Shown here: in pieces, positions 47,018 through 57,191 of the stretch | Numbering within the stretch: position 1 is the stretch's first letter | Layout of the letters: every line of letters starts with the position of its first letter | The notes under the pieces: model-generated | What the model was told of the DNA's origin: nothing | Databases searched by the model: none | Seen by the model: the letters and a program-made list of their open reading frames with translations, nothing else | Assembly (NCBI GenBank): GCA_044357345.1 | Contig: JBIKPR010000004.1 | Span: 4,762 to 68,761, forward strand | Direction: 5' to 3' | Origin: Bacteroidia bacterium | GTDB lineage: Bacteria > Bacteroidota > Bacteroidia > NS11-12g > UBA955 | Length of the DNA stretch: 64,000 nucleotides | Position numbers and translations under genes: made by a program

Positions 47018-49012
47018 ATGCAAAAAAATCTCACTTACCTACTTTTGTTCCTTTCACTTTTGCTGGCTTTTCAAAAAGCGGATGCAGCCTGTTTTTGGAA
47101 AAACCGAAATCCATATTTTTATTCATGGGACAGTTGCAACACCAACACTAAAAAAGCAAGCTTAAATGCATATGTTTCTTTTCAATACAATACATCTTGT
47201 TTTAAATACACCTGGAAGGTGAATGGCAACGTAGTGAATGGGACCAATATAATGCAAAAAACAGTTACCCAAAATGGCACCTACACAATTACCTTAACCG
47301 TTAGAGATACCTGCAACAATTGCGATACAACATTCACCAGTTCAAGAACAATTTCTTGCTTAACTAAATGCAATTGGAAAGCTAAAAACCTTTCTATACT
47401 AGGCGGTGATTCTTGCAGCCAGTACCCCTATAAACCAAGTATCATGGTTCACTTATATGGTTCTACCTCCTGCGCTAAATACACTTGGAAAGTCAATGGC
47501 AACTTTGTAAGCAATGGCAGAATTTTGAATTACAAAGCAACTCAAAATGGCACCTATAATTTAAGTGTAAATGTTAGAGATACCTGCAACAATTGCGACA
47601 CAACTTACACCAAGTCGATTACAATTACTTGTGCTACTAATTGCAATTGGAAAGGCAAAAACGCAACTTTAAGTATTTATGATTCTTGCTTGTATTTTAA
47701 CAAACCTAACTTTATAAGTGGTATTTACTTTCAAAACACCAGTACCCCTTGTATGAAGTATACATGGAAAGTAAACGGAACAACAATACACACTGGAACC
47801 AACACCTATATTAGCTATTTCCCGAAACAAAACGGCACTTACAATGTCACCGTAAACGTTAGAGACACCTGCAACAATTGCGACACGACTTATACCAAAT
47901 CGGTTACCGTTACCTGTGCAGGCAATTGCAATTGGAAGTCGCGCAACTTGTCTTTGTCTGCAAAAGATTCGTGCAACAGGAATACCAAAAGTTCATACAT
48001 TACAAGCTTCATTACCATTTCAAATAACAGCTGTTTAAAATACCTTTGGAAGGTTAATGGTGTCGTTAAAAGCAACAGTTATTATTTTAATTATCCTGTT
48101 TATGCCAATGGACAATATACTGTTTGCTTAACGCTAACAGATACCTGCTTAAAATGCGACACAAGCATTTGTTTTACTAAAACAATCTCTTGCCTTTCAT
48201 CCTGCAATTGGAAATCGCGGAACCCATATACCTATGCATGGGATTCTTGCAAAGGGAACAACAGTAAATTGAATGCCTACGTAAGCTTTAATTACAACCG
48301 TGCATCTTGTTTTAAATATTCATGGAAAGTTAATGGCAAATCAGCGGGCAGTGGAAATATTATGTCTTACCCTATAACACAAAATGGAACCTATTCAATT
48401 TGTGTTAAAGCACTCGATACCTGTAACAATTGTGACACCACTATATGCTTTAGTAAAACCATCAGTTGTTTCAGCACCTGCAATTGGAAGAGTCGCATTA
48501 CAGCCAATAATTATTACGACAGTTGCAATGGTGTTGGTTATGCCAATTCGCTCAACGCTTATGTGGCCATGAACCAGAACTACAATACTTCCTGCTACAA
48601 ATACCGCTGGACCGTCAATGGTGCTTATGTGGGCAACAAGAACTATTTCCACACACCAATTTACCTCAATGGCGTCTACAATGTTTGTGTTAAAATTACC
48701 GACACATGCACAAAATGTGATACAACAATATGCTCACGCCGCTTGGTGAATTGCAACAATTTGGGTTTGAAAAACAACACACTAAATGCAGTTAAAATCT
48801 ATCCTAACCCTGCAAACAACAAAATCAATATCGAATCTACCCAAGCTTCAGAATACACTGAAATTTTGAGTGTCGAGGGTAAAGCCGTATGGACCGGAAA
48901 ACTAGAAGAAGGCATCAATAATATTGTTACCGATCAATGGGCTAGAGGCATTTACATCGTAAGAGTGAAAACAGTTTCTGGAATAAGCAATTATAAAATC
49001 ATCTTGGAATAA
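47018..49012 (+). CDS. T9SS type-A cargo protein made of six cysteine-rich ~92-aa tandem repeats
   Basis: Signal peptide and six CNWK...DSC...SC.KY.WKVNG...QNGTY...DTCNNCDTT...I.C modules. C-terminal Por secretion tail is KIYPNPANNKINIES...GIYIVRVKT..G.SNYKIILE. Confidence 0.8.
   Translation: MQKNLTYLLLFLSLLLAFQKADAACFWKNRNPYFYSWDSCNTNTKKASLNAYVSFQYNTSCFKYTWKVNGNVVNGTNIMQKTVTQNGTYTITLTVRDTCNNCDTTFTSSRTISCLTKCNWKAKNLSILGGDSCSQYPYKPSIMVHLYGSTSCAKYTWKVNGNFVSNGRILNYKATQNGTYNLSVNVRDTCNNCDTTYTKSITITCATNCNWKGKNATLSIYDSCLYFNKPNFISGIYFQNTSTPCMKYTWKVNGTTIHTGTNTYISYFPKQNGTYNVTVNVRDTCNNCDTTYTKSVTVTCAGNCNWKSRNLSLSAKDSCNRNTKSSYITSFITISNNSCLKYLWKVNGVVKSNSYYFNYPVYANGQYTVCLTLTDTCLKCDTSICFTKTISCLSSCNWKSRNPYTYAWDSCKGNNSKLNAYVSFNYNRASCFKYSWKVNGKSAGSGNIMSYPITQNGTYSICVKALDTCNNCDTTICFSKTISCFSTCNWKSRITANNYYDSCNGVGYANSLNAYVAMNQNYNTSCYKYRWTVNGAYVGNKNYFHTPIYLNGVYNVCVKITDTCTKCDTTICSRRLVNCNNLGLKNNTLNAVKIYPNPANNKINIESTQASEYTEILSVEGKAVWTGKLEEGINNIVTDQWARGIYIVRVKTVSGISNYKIILE
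47090..48755 (+). repeat. in-frame tandem coding repeats (6 units, period ~273-285 nt)
   Basis: The nucleotide block GTTAGAGA(T/C)ACCTGCAACAATTGCGA recurs starting at 47300, 47573 and 47858. The protein-level module occurs six times. Confidence 0.8.
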
Positions 49013-49030
49013 TTAAAATTAAAAAACACA

Positions 49031-49062
49031 AAAAAGGAGCAGTGAAAACTGCTCCTTTTTTA
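49031..49062. terminator. bidirectional rho-independent terminator between convergent genes
   Basis: Stem AAAAAGGAGCAG (49031-49042) pairs with CTGCTCCTTTTT (49049-49060) around loop TGAAAA. An A-run and a T-run flank the stem. Confidence 0.8.
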
Positions 49063-49076
49063 TTGGTAAATATTTT

Positions 49077-51158
49077 TTAACTGTACAGCAATTCTTCTAT
49101 TGCCTTAGATACTTTGTCTGCGTTAGGCAACATCTCTTTTTCCAAACCAATATTCAATGGTATTGCTGGCAAATTGGCTGCTCCTATGGTTTCAACCGGC
49201 GCATCCAAATATCTAAAGCAATTCTTTTGTATACGTCCAGCGATGGCTTCTGCAAAAGAGTTCTTTAAAGTCTCTTCTGTTAGAACCATTACTTTTCCGT
49301 GTCTTTTAGCCGCTGCATAGATGGCCACATCGTCGCATGGATTCAAGGTTCTTAAATCCAAAATCTCAACATTGCCTTCAAATTGCTTTGATGCATTTAA
49401 TGCCCAATGCACACCCATTCCATACGTAATAATGGCCATCGATTCTCCATACTTCAAAGCGTCTGCTGAGGCTTCTTGCACGATGCGTGCTTTGCCCAAA
49501 GGAACCACGTAATCTTCTGATGGCTCTGGACATTTAGCCGCATCAGTTCCAGGAACCTTACTCCAATACAAGCCTTTGTGTTCAAACATCACAACAGGAT
49601 TTGGATCGTAAAATGCAGCTTTCAACAAACCTTTCATATCGGCGGCATTGCTTGGGTATACAACCTTAATGCCTTTTATTTGCAAAATGCTGCTTTCAAC
49701 CGTTCCGGAGTGGTAAGGACCACCACCACCATAAGCACCTGTTGGTATTCTAATTAATGACTGTACTGGAAATTTACCATTCGATAAATAGCAGCTTTTA
49801 GAAAGTTCTTCAACCAATTGGTTAATGCCCGGCCATATGTAATCGGCAAACTGTATTTCTACAATTGGCTTGCAACCAACAGCACTCATTCCGGCGGTTG
49901 AACCAACAATATAAGCCTCTTGAATTGGGGTATTAAACACCCTGTCTTTTCCATATTTTTTAGCTAAAGTGGCAGCTTCTCTGAACACTCCACCCAAGCG
50001 CATACCAACGTCTTGTCCATACAACAAGGCTTCTGGATGTTTCTTTAGTATTTCATCGCAGGCAAACAAAGCAGCATCAACCATAACGATTGATTCTCTG
50101 CCCTCTGGCGCGCGTGTTCCTTGTTCTTCTGTGATAGGACTTGGGGCAAATTCATGCAAATACAAGGTTTCTGGCGCTGGGTCAGCAGCCGCAACTGCGC
50201 GGGCAAAACTGTCATCAATAAACACCCTTGCGTCTTTTTGAATTTGGTCTAAACTCGATTCAGAAACCGCCAAGTCTAGTAATACATTTCTTAGTTTTGG
50301 AAACGGATCGTCTTTCATATCGATTTCCAAATCGTCTCTATACCATTCGCTTCTTACGCCACTGGTGTGGTGACCGAGTAAAGGCACCTTGGCATGAAGC
50401 AACATAGGTTTTCTGTTTTTACGCACCCAGTCTAGGGCAGACTTCATGTCTTCATAGCTTTCAACAAAATCACTTCCTTCGGTGCGTGCGCGTTTTAGCC
50501 CTTTGAAACCGGCGGCAAACTCATACGCATCCATGGCACGCATTTCGTCGCCACTCGCTGAAATCCCCCAATCGTTGTCTTGCACCAAATACAAAATTGG
50601 CAGTTCTTTTAAAACAGCCATTTGCAAAGCTTCACTTACCTCACCTTCGGTCATACTGCCGTCGCCGATACTGCATAAAACAATTGGGTTTTCTGAAGTG
50701 GTAATTAAGTTTTGCGATTCCTTGTATTTGATTGCATGTGCCATACCAGTAGCAGGAATGGCTTGCATCCCCGTCGCACTGCTTTGATGGGGCATGGTAG
50801 GCATATTGTCGCGTTTCAAAGAAGGATGCGAATAGTATGACCGTCCACCTGAAAAAGGATCATCTGCCTTGGCCAACAATTGCAACATCAATTCGTAAGG
50901 TTCCATACCCATTGACAAAAGCAAGCTCTCATCGCGGTAATACGGCGCTGCATAATCTATTGATTTCAATAAAAACCCACAAGCAATTTGAATGGCTTCA
51001 TGACCTTTACTGGTTGAATGCACATATTTTGTAATCGGCCTATTTTCATCGTATACATCAGCCATTGCTCTGGCTTTGCACATGAGGGTATAAGCCTCTA
51101 ATAATGTTTCTTTGGTTACCATTTCGTGTTCACGCTTATCGACTAAAACAATTTGCAA
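49077..51158 (-). CDS. fused 2-oxoacid dehydrogenase E1 component (alpha+beta subunits in one polypeptide)
   Basis: N-terminal half has the TPP-binding GDGSMTEGEVSEAL..LVQDNDWGIS. C-terminal half is transketolase-pyrimidine/E1-beta-like (NTPIQEAYIVG...). An alternative start at M13 is possible. Confidence 0.85.
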   Translation of the reverse strand: MQIVLVDKREHEMVTKETLLEAYTLMCKARAMADVYDENRPITKYVHSTSKGHEAIQIACGFLLKSIDYAAPYYRDESLLLSMGMEPYELMLQLLAKADDPFSGGRSYYSHPSLKRDNMPTMPHQSSATGMQAIPATGMAHAIKYKESQNLITTSENPIVLCSIGDGSMTEGEVSEALQMAVLKELPILYLVQDNDWGISASGDEMRAMDAYEFAAGFKGLKRARTEGSDFVESYEDMKSALDWVRKNRKPMLLHAKVPLLGHHTSGVRSEWYRDDLEIDMKDDPFPKLRNVLLDLAVSESSLDQIQKDARVFIDDSFARAVAAADPAPETLYLHEFAPSPITEEQGTRAPEGRESIVMVDAALFACDEILKKHPEALLYGQDVGMRLGGVFREAATLAKKYGKDRVFNTPIQEAYIVGSTAGMSAVGCKPIVEIQFADYIWPGINQLVEELSKSCYLSNGKFPVQSLIRIPTGAYGGGGPYHSGTVESSILQIKGIKVVYPSNAADMKGLLKAAFYDPNPVVMFEHKGLYWSKVPGTDAAKCPEPSEDYVVPLGKARIVQEASADALKYGESMAIITYGMGVHWALNASKQFEGNVEILDLRTLNPCDDVAIYAAAKRHGKVMVLTEETLKNSFAEAIAGRIQKNCFRYLDAPVETIGAANLPAIPLNIGLEKEMLPNADKVSKAIEELLYS

Positions 51159-51420
51159 TGTTACAAAAATAAACCCAAATAAAGCGTCTTTGGGCTTACT
51201 TCTTATGGACTTTTAATCATCTTCATGTATATCAAGCTTAAGAGTTCAATACGATTGTATTAATTTTTAGACCATTGCTCTTAACATTCGTTTAGTAAGT
51301 TCAATATCTATATTCAAAACATTGATAGGTATATCCTTAAAAAATATTCCATTCTGAATTCCCTTTTCTTTAATTTTGCACTCAGAATATCATACAACAA
51401 AAAGAACAACAATTTAATTT

Positions 51421-51966
51421 ATGGATTATACCAACAAAGAAGAAGGTCTATATGCAGAAATGCAGACCAACAAAGGCAGCATCGTGCTGCAATTAGAACA
51501 TTTAAAAACACCTTTAACCGTTGCCAATTTTGTAGGCTTGGCTGAGGGAAAAATCCAAAACAAAGTAAAAGACATGGGTGTTCCATATTACGATGGCATT
51601 ACCTTTCACCGTGTAATCAACGATTTCATGGTACAAGGTGGCGACCCTTATGGCGATGGCCGTGGCGGACCAGGTTACAGATTCAAAGACGAGTTTCACC
51701 CATCATTAATGCACGCTGAACCAGGTGTATTGAGTATGGCAAATGCTGGTCCTGGAACCAATGGTAGCCAATTCTTCATCACCCACATTCCTACCCCATG
51801 GCTGGATGGCAAGCACAGTGTTTTCGGTAAAGTTATTGAAGGAATGGATGTTGTTGACAGCATCGTTCAAGGCGATAAAATCGAGAAACTCAGCATCGTT
51901 AGACACGGCGCTAGCGTAGCTGCTTATGACCCTACCCTTATTGCTACAGCATCTGCATTTATGTAA
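51421..51966 (+). CDS. peptidyl-prolyl cis-trans isomerase, cyclophilin type
   Basis: [32 protein letters not shown] and HSVFGKV motifs. Confidence 0.9.
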   Translation: MDYTNKEEGLYAEMQTNKGSIVLQLEHLKTPLTVANFVGLAEGKIQNKVKDMGVPYYDGITFHRVINDFMVQGGDPYGDGRGGPGYRFKDEFHPSLMHAEPGVLSMANAGPGTNGSQFFITHIPTPWLDGKHSVFGKVIEGMDVVDSIVQGDKIEKLSIVRHGASVAAYDPTLIATASAFM

Positions 51967-51984
51967 ACTGACATAGTATTTACT

Positions 51985-52017
51985 AAAAAAGCCCCGAAAA
52001 TTTTCGAGGCTTTTTTA
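51985..52017. terminator. bidirectional terminator hairpin
   Basis: AAAAAAGCCCCGAAAATTTTCGAGGCTTTTTT is a near-palindromic stem with one mismatch, flanked by an A-run and a T-run, between convergent genes. Confidence 0.7.
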
Positions 52018-52032
52018 TTGGGTTAATTTATT

Positions 52033-52596
52033 CTATTTCATGGAGGAAATAATCCAAAGTGTGGCAGCCACCAAAATGGTTCCTGCCATAATAAATATTT
52101 TGAGTTCTTTGGTCTTGTCGGTATACTCCACACTGTTGCTGTTCATGGTAATTTGCACCGGCGGAAAGTCATTTACTGGCTTCACATACAAATTATAAAC
52201 CATCAAAGTCCTCTTTTTCTTGCCTTGCAAAAGGCCCGGCGACCATTTCGGCATGCTGCTGACTATGCGCTCAAACTCGCTCGACACGATGGCATTGCTG
52301 CCCTGTAAATGTGTGTATTCGGATACCGAGCCATCTTTGTTAACATAGAATGAAAACTTGATGGTCTCGCCTGTAAAATCAAGACTTTGTTCATTGGTTC
52401 TTAAATTAAAGCGCGTTTCAATAAACCTAAAAAAATCTTGATCGCCACCCTCAAAAATCGGTGAACGCGTAATGGTATCTTCCGGTGCAATATAGGTTGA
52501 GGTATCCACATTGTTGCGAAACACTTCAACCTGGGCACTGATTAAAATGCCTTTAAATAATAAAATGGCTAGACCTATTTTCTTTAGCGAAATCAT
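52033..52596 (-). CDS. TonB C-terminal-domain-like protein with C-terminal TM anchor
   Basis: PIFEGGDQDFFRFIE...FYVNKDGSVSE...SSMPKWSPGLLQGKKK follows the Bacteroidota TonB_C pattern. It has a signal peptide and a C-terminal hydrophobic helix. Confidence 0.5.
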   Translation of the reverse strand: MISLKKIGLAILLFKGILISAQVEVFRNNVDTSTYIAPEDTITRSPIFEGGDQDFFRFIETRFNLRTNEQSLDFTGETIKFSFYVNKDGSVSEYTHLQGSNAIVSSEFERIVSSMPKWSPGLLQGKKKRTLMVYNLYVKPVNDFPPVQITMNSNSVEYTDKTKELKIFIMAGTILVAATLWIISSMK

Positions 52597-55319
52597 TGCT
52601 TCACAAACACCTGCGGTTTATGGTTTTGTATGCTCAACAAATACAAGCCTGCAGGTAAATCGCTTAAGTTCAAGCCTGCCTCTAACAATTCTGAACTGAA
52701 GGTATTTTGTATTAACATCAAACCCGTCAAACTGTAAACTTTAAATTGCAAACCATCCAAATCCATATCTGACTCAATGTGTAGGTTGTTTTGAGCCGGA
52801 TTAGGGAACAGCTTCAAGCCTGCTTCATTGTATTGGGTTTCAATACCACTTGGGTCTATTTGCACCTCCACCAAGGTTGAGTCTTTACAACCATTGCTCA
52901 AAGAGGTCATAACCAAACGGATGGTATACTTACCCGTATTGGCATATCGATGGGTTACATTGCTGTTATTGCTCGTTGTTCCATCTCCAAAATACCATTT
53001 AATGCTCGCGCCAGAACTGTTGATTGGCGATACACGCACTTGCTGCCAGGTTAAGACTTCAAATGAAAATCCACTAAATGGCACTGATTTTACCAAAGGT
53101 TGAACCGCTGAGATTGGACCAATACAGCCGGCGTATGCTGGTCGAACAAAATATTTTCTGCCACCGTTTAATGTTGGCGTCTTAAAAGTATTTCCTGATC
53201 CTAAGGCAATTGTGGAGGTATCTGCATCAAACCAAAGCATGCTTCCCTTTCCTGTGAATTTAGATTTTAAGGTAGCCGGATTTTTTGCACAAATGGTATC
53301 TCCCCATACTTTTATAATTGTTGGATAGGTATTTACCAAGGTGCTAATTTTTATTCTGTTTGGATTGACACAAACAGAGCTTACTGTTTCAATATAATAA
53401 TCGCTGCTGTTTGATGGCGCAGAGGTATATTGGGTTCCTGTATACAATAAATTTCCAGATGTTTGTGCGTCATACCAATTGGCTTCACCAAAATCCAAAG
53501 CAAAGCCAACGCGGGCTGAATCGCCTTTGCAAATGGTGTCTGTTAGGATTTTGCTGATGCTAGGATAATCTTCCACAGTAACATTAATTGGAACCCTGGT
53601 GCTTCCGCAAACCCCATTAAAGGCATCTGCGTATAAGGTTTTAATTTCGCGTTTTGTTGGCAAGAAATAGTAGATTTTGCCTGCTTGTATACTGATGCCA
53701 CCGCTGGCCACATCGAACCACCGCACGGCCAAACTAGAACCCACAGTTGCCATTAATGCAATGGCATTTCCAGAGGCTAGACACACCGTGGTATCATTTG
53801 ACATAATTGGTGCCGTTGGCGCAAAATTAGACCCCACCAAAGCCCTTACCAATTTCTTAGGATTTAAGGCACAACCATTGTTGACCGCTTGAACATAGAA
53901 ACTTGTGTCATTGCTCAATACAGGTGTTTGGTATACATTGCCAGAATAAAAAGGTAAAGGCGCATTTTGATTGGAATACCATTGAATGGTTCCAATATCA
54001 GACAAAGCCTTTAAGTTGGCTTTAGAACCTGCGCAAATTGAATCATTCACCACATTGCAATAACTTGGATAAGCATTTACTTTAATGATAATGGTGCGCA
54101 AACCACTAAGACAGCCGTTGTTGTTGGCCCTTAAATAAAACGTGTCATTTTGAATTAAAGGAAATTTTAAATACGTTTTGCCCGTAAAAAACGGCGTGCT
54201 TGAATTTGGTTTTACCAACCATTCAAACACCACACCAGGATCAGCACTAATGGCTGTAAACTGAGCGGTATCGCCTTTACACACATTGGTTGAACCTGAA
54301 AAAGTTGGGATATCAGGTTTGAATGACAATGTTTTGATCGCGGTATCGGAACAACCATAACGCATATCTCCTCTGTAACCGTAAATCGTAGAAATTAACC
54401 GAATTTGATAATTTTGCTTGCTGCTGTATTTTATTTTGTTGTCTATTGAATATTGAGAACCAGAAAAAGTCCCTAAATCCCATAAATGACAGTATATACC
54501 AAGGTTGTAACGCGGTTGCACGTAGAAATTGTACATTTTACTCCCAGCAAAATTAAATGGTGCGGCATTGGTAAACTTTATAGAATCGTTGATGTTGTAG
54601 CAATTGTTTTTAATGCTAAAATCAGTGCCAAAATTATACTTCACATGCGGATGTAAAAGTATGTCGCAGTCGAATGGTGAACCTCCAATATTTAAGTTTC
54701 TACCGCTATACCACAAACCACTTATTGAACCACAATTTAAATTTTCTCTAGCCCCATCTCTGCTGGTATAACTATTGGTTACCACACCACAGGTCAAGGT
54801 ATCCTCATTGGTTTCTACCGTTATAATGTAATTGCTATCTAAGGTAATTGAAGACCATTTTGCATGCTTTTCAATCACCGTTAAAACGCCTCCACCAAGG
54901 GTTGAATCGATGTTCATGGAATCCACGCGCAAAGCTTGACCTCTGGGCAAACTGTCCAAACCAGCCTTGTACAACTTGCAATAAATCTTCATTTTTTTGG
55001 CCGTTTTAAACGAAGGCAATACAAATGCATAAAATGTAAAACCTGTTACAGAAAGGGATTTTGGGCACGAGTACAATTGCCCCAATGAACGGCCTTTCCC
55101 AACAGTAATTGTCACCAAGCTACTTGCTTTATATCTTGGATACTCAATGGTATCTGTAGAACAAGCCGTTGGCTTCTGAATACTTCTTTTGGCATTGCTG
55201 GTGTTAATGCCTGCTTTGGCGATATTGTCAGTAATTTTAATGTTTACCGGCTGCAACTGTCCGTAGGACAAGGGCGCTAGAACAATTAATAAAAATAAAG
55301 TAAAGTAGTTTTTAAGCAT
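52593..55319 (-). CDS. T9SS type-A cargo protein with five Ig-like repeats and a PKD-like domain
   Basis: Start MLKNYFTLFLLIVLAPLSYGQ (CAT 55317-55319). It has five repeats of the form (I/V)C.G..A.L.A....W(Y/F).......G..Y.TP.L.....Y(Y/F)V......C. WYFGDGT is PKD-like. Por tail is LKLFPNPAQNNLHIES...GLYLLSIQ. Confidence 0.8.
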   Translation of the reverse strand: MLKNYFTLFLLIVLAPLSYGQLQPVNIKITDNIAKAGINTSNAKRSIQKPTACSTDTIEYPRYKASSLVTITVGKGRSLGQLYSCPKSLSVTGFTFYAFVLPSFKTAKKMKIYCKLYKAGLDSLPRGQALRVDSMNIDSTLGGGVLTVIEKHAKWSSITLDSNYIITVETNEDTLTCGVVTNSYTSRDGARENLNCGSISGLWYSGRNLNIGGSPFDCDILLHPHVKYNFGTDFSIKNNCYNINDSIKFTNAAPFNFAGSKMYNFYVQPRYNLGIYCHLWDLGTFSGSQYSIDNKIKYSSKQNYQIRLISTIYGYRGDMRYGCSDTAIKTLSFKPDIPTFSGSTNVCKGDTAQFTAISADPGVVFEWLVKPNSSTPFFTGKTYLKFPLIQNDTFYLRANNNGCLSGLRTIIIKVNAYPSYCNVVNDSICAGSKANLKALSDIGTIQWYSNQNAPLPFYSGNVYQTPVLSNDTSFYVQAVNNGCALNPKKLVRALVGSNFAPTAPIMSNDTTVCLASGNAIALMATVGSSLAVRWFDVASGGISIQAGKIYYFLPTKREIKTLYADAFNGVCGSTRVPINVTVEDYPSISKILTDTICKGDSARVGFALDFGEANWYDAQTSGNLLYTGTQYTSAPSNSSDYYIETVSSVCVNPNRIKISTLVNTYPTIIKVWGDTICAKNPATLKSKFTGKGSMLWFDADTSTIALGSGNTFKTPTLNGGRKYFVRPAYAGCIGPISAVQPLVKSVPFSGFSFEVLTWQQVRVSPINSSGASIKWYFGDGTTSNNSNVTHRYANTGKYTIRLVMTSLSNGCKDSTLVEVQIDPSGIETQYNEAGLKLFPNPAQNNLHIESDMDLDGLQFKVYSLTGLMLIQNTFSSELLEAGLNLSDLPAGLYLLSIQNHKPQVFVKQ

Positions 55320-55371
55320 AGAAGTTAAATTATTAACGAATCTATAATTAAAAAAACAATTTACCAAACTA

Positions 55372-56391
55372 TCAATGTAAAATTTCATTGATGGCGCCCC
55401 GAACTTGGTCGTTCGTTATCATTTCTATGCAGGGATTTTCGGGCTGCACACAATGCATTTGATCGCAAGGATTGCATTTTAAAACATGGTGTATGACTAT
55501 TGATTTTGGAGACAAGGGATAAAAAATGTCTGGAACCCCTGGACCGAACAAACCAATCACCGGAATCGCCATAGCCGAGGCTATTTGCAAAGGACCACTT
55601 TCATTCCCTAAATAAATTGTGGCCTGCTTACAAAGTGCCGAAAACTGCGACAGGCTATAGCCTTGGGTAAATGTATAGGACTGAAAATTCAGATCCTTTT
55701 TTATGTCTTCAATATCTGCCTCGTCCTCTTGTGTTCCGGCAAACACTATGTCCAATTGGTACATGTTTTTAAGATAGTCTACCGTTTTGGCAAAGCGTTC
55801 TTTCGGCCATTGCCTCAGTTTTTTCCGTGCCCCTGCATGTACCACAGCAAAGCGTTTGATTTGATTTTCTTCTAAAAACTGATGAACCACTGACTCATCA
55901 ACTTTGCTGTAATACAAAGGCGTTTGGGGTATTTCAATATTTCCTGTTATTGGCCAAACTGTTTCGGCATTCGTTATGGTTTCATGCAGTTGATTTCCTT
56001 TGTTGCGCAAACGAACCTCTGCACGAGATGTGCGGTATTTTACGCCGTAGCGGAATGACTTCCATAAGGATTTCCAAGTGCCCCGCATTTCAATGACCGC
56101 ATCGTAGGGTTTGTTAAAACCATCAATACTACAAAGCACTTCATCAATGCTTGGATCGTTTTCTATTAATGGTTTTACAAACGGTTTACATAAAACCGTT
56201 AAGCGTGCTTTTGGAAATCGCTTTTTAATGGCAGCAAACACATGGGCTGAAGCCGCCATATCGCCAATTTCATCCCAACGCAGAACCAAAATTGAGTTTA
56301 AAGTTTTTGGATTTTGTTTAAACCAAAAACGATTAGCCAAGACATTGGCCAAATACAAAACTTGTTCGCTGCTGGGGAATTTTATACGCAT
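55372..56391 (-). CDS. glycosyltransferase family 9 (LPS heptosyltransferase-like)
   Basis: ILVLRWDEIGDMAASAHVFAAIKKRFP N-terminal pattern and C-terminal GNESGPLQIASAMAIPVIGLFGP, typical of GT9. Confidence 0.72.
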   Translation of the reverse strand: MRIKFPSSEQVLYLANVLANRFWFKQNPKTLNSILVLRWDEIGDMAASAHVFAAIKKRFPKARLTVLCKPFVKPLIENDPSIDEVLCSIDGFNKPYDAVIEMRGTWKSLWKSFRYGVKYRTSRAEVRLRNKGNQLHETITNAETVWPITGNIEIPQTPLYYSKVDESVVHQFLEENQIKRFAVVHAGARKKLRQWPKERFAKTVDYLKNMYQLDIVFAGTQEDEADIEDIKKDLNFQSYTFTQGYSLSQFSALCKQATIYLGNESGPLQIASAMAIPVIGLFGPGVPDIFYPLSPKSIVIHHVLKCNPCDQMHCVQPENPCIEMITNDQVRGAINEILH

Positions 56392-57125
56392 GGATAAACA
56401 AGGATGCGCGAAGGCACAGCATCTGTCTCAATTTTTGGCACTTGAATATTTAAAACATAATTTCCGTCTGCTATAGAATTGGGTACGAAAATTAATTCAG
56501 TAATGGTTCTATCTGCAGGCGCGTTTCCATTTACTAAAAACCAATTTTTATGCGCCGCCAAACGGCCTTCATCACTTTCTTTATCTATGCTAGGTAAATC
56601 TGTTAAAATGTGTTTAAAACCCAAGGCTTGCAAGTGACTCAACACCTCTGGCTCAAAGTAAACAGGATTGTTTCCCGAATAATTTTCATGGCATTTATCT
56701 TCTTCATTCGGCAAGGTTCTTAGCACGATGGCTTCAAAGTTTTCTTGGTTATTCAAAGCTTCTATGGCCTTCATATCAATACAAGAATCCACGCCAATTT
56801 GGGAAGTCTGTACACTGAAAATTTTGCACATCTGTAGTACAGGAATTTGAATGCTGCGCATGTCGAAAGACACTGGCAAAACATGCAAAGCACATTCGGT
56901 ATGCGTACCTGAAGCATGTGGGTAAAAACTAATACGCTCGCAATTCACACTGCCCCCGGCGGCCAAACTGCCAACAAATGCATCACTTTTAAAATACTCG
57001 AATGAAGGTCCATCCAAGTAGTAGCAATTCACATTGTCTTTCTTGTTAAGCGCTAGACTTAAATCGGTAAAATTATTGGCATCAAATTTATAGACCTTTG
57101 AATGCTGTTCAAATTGTATCCACAT
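56382..57125 (-). CDS. cyclase-family protein (kynurenine formamidase-like fold), divergent
   Basis: HASGTHTECALHV resembles the H.GTH.D.P.H metal motif. HILTDLPSIDKESDEGRLAAHKNWF resembles the second conserved block. Confidence 0.5.
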   Translation of the reverse strand: MWIQFEQHSKVYKFDANNFTDLSLALNKKDNVNCYYLDGPSFEYFKSDAFVGSLAAGGSVNCERISFYPHASGTHTECALHVLPVSFDMRSIQIPVLQMCKIFSVQTSQIGVDSCIDMKAIEALNNQENFEAIVLRTLPNEEDKCHENYSGNNPVYFEPEVLSHLQALGFKHILTDLPSIDKESDEGRLAAHKNWFLVNGNAPADRTITELIFVPNSIADGNYVLNIQVPKIETDAVPSRILVYPCV

Positions 57126-57191
57126 TTAAATGCGAAAGTAATGATTTTAAATGAAATTGTTTAAATTTGAGGCGCAGATACGTGCAGCGCA

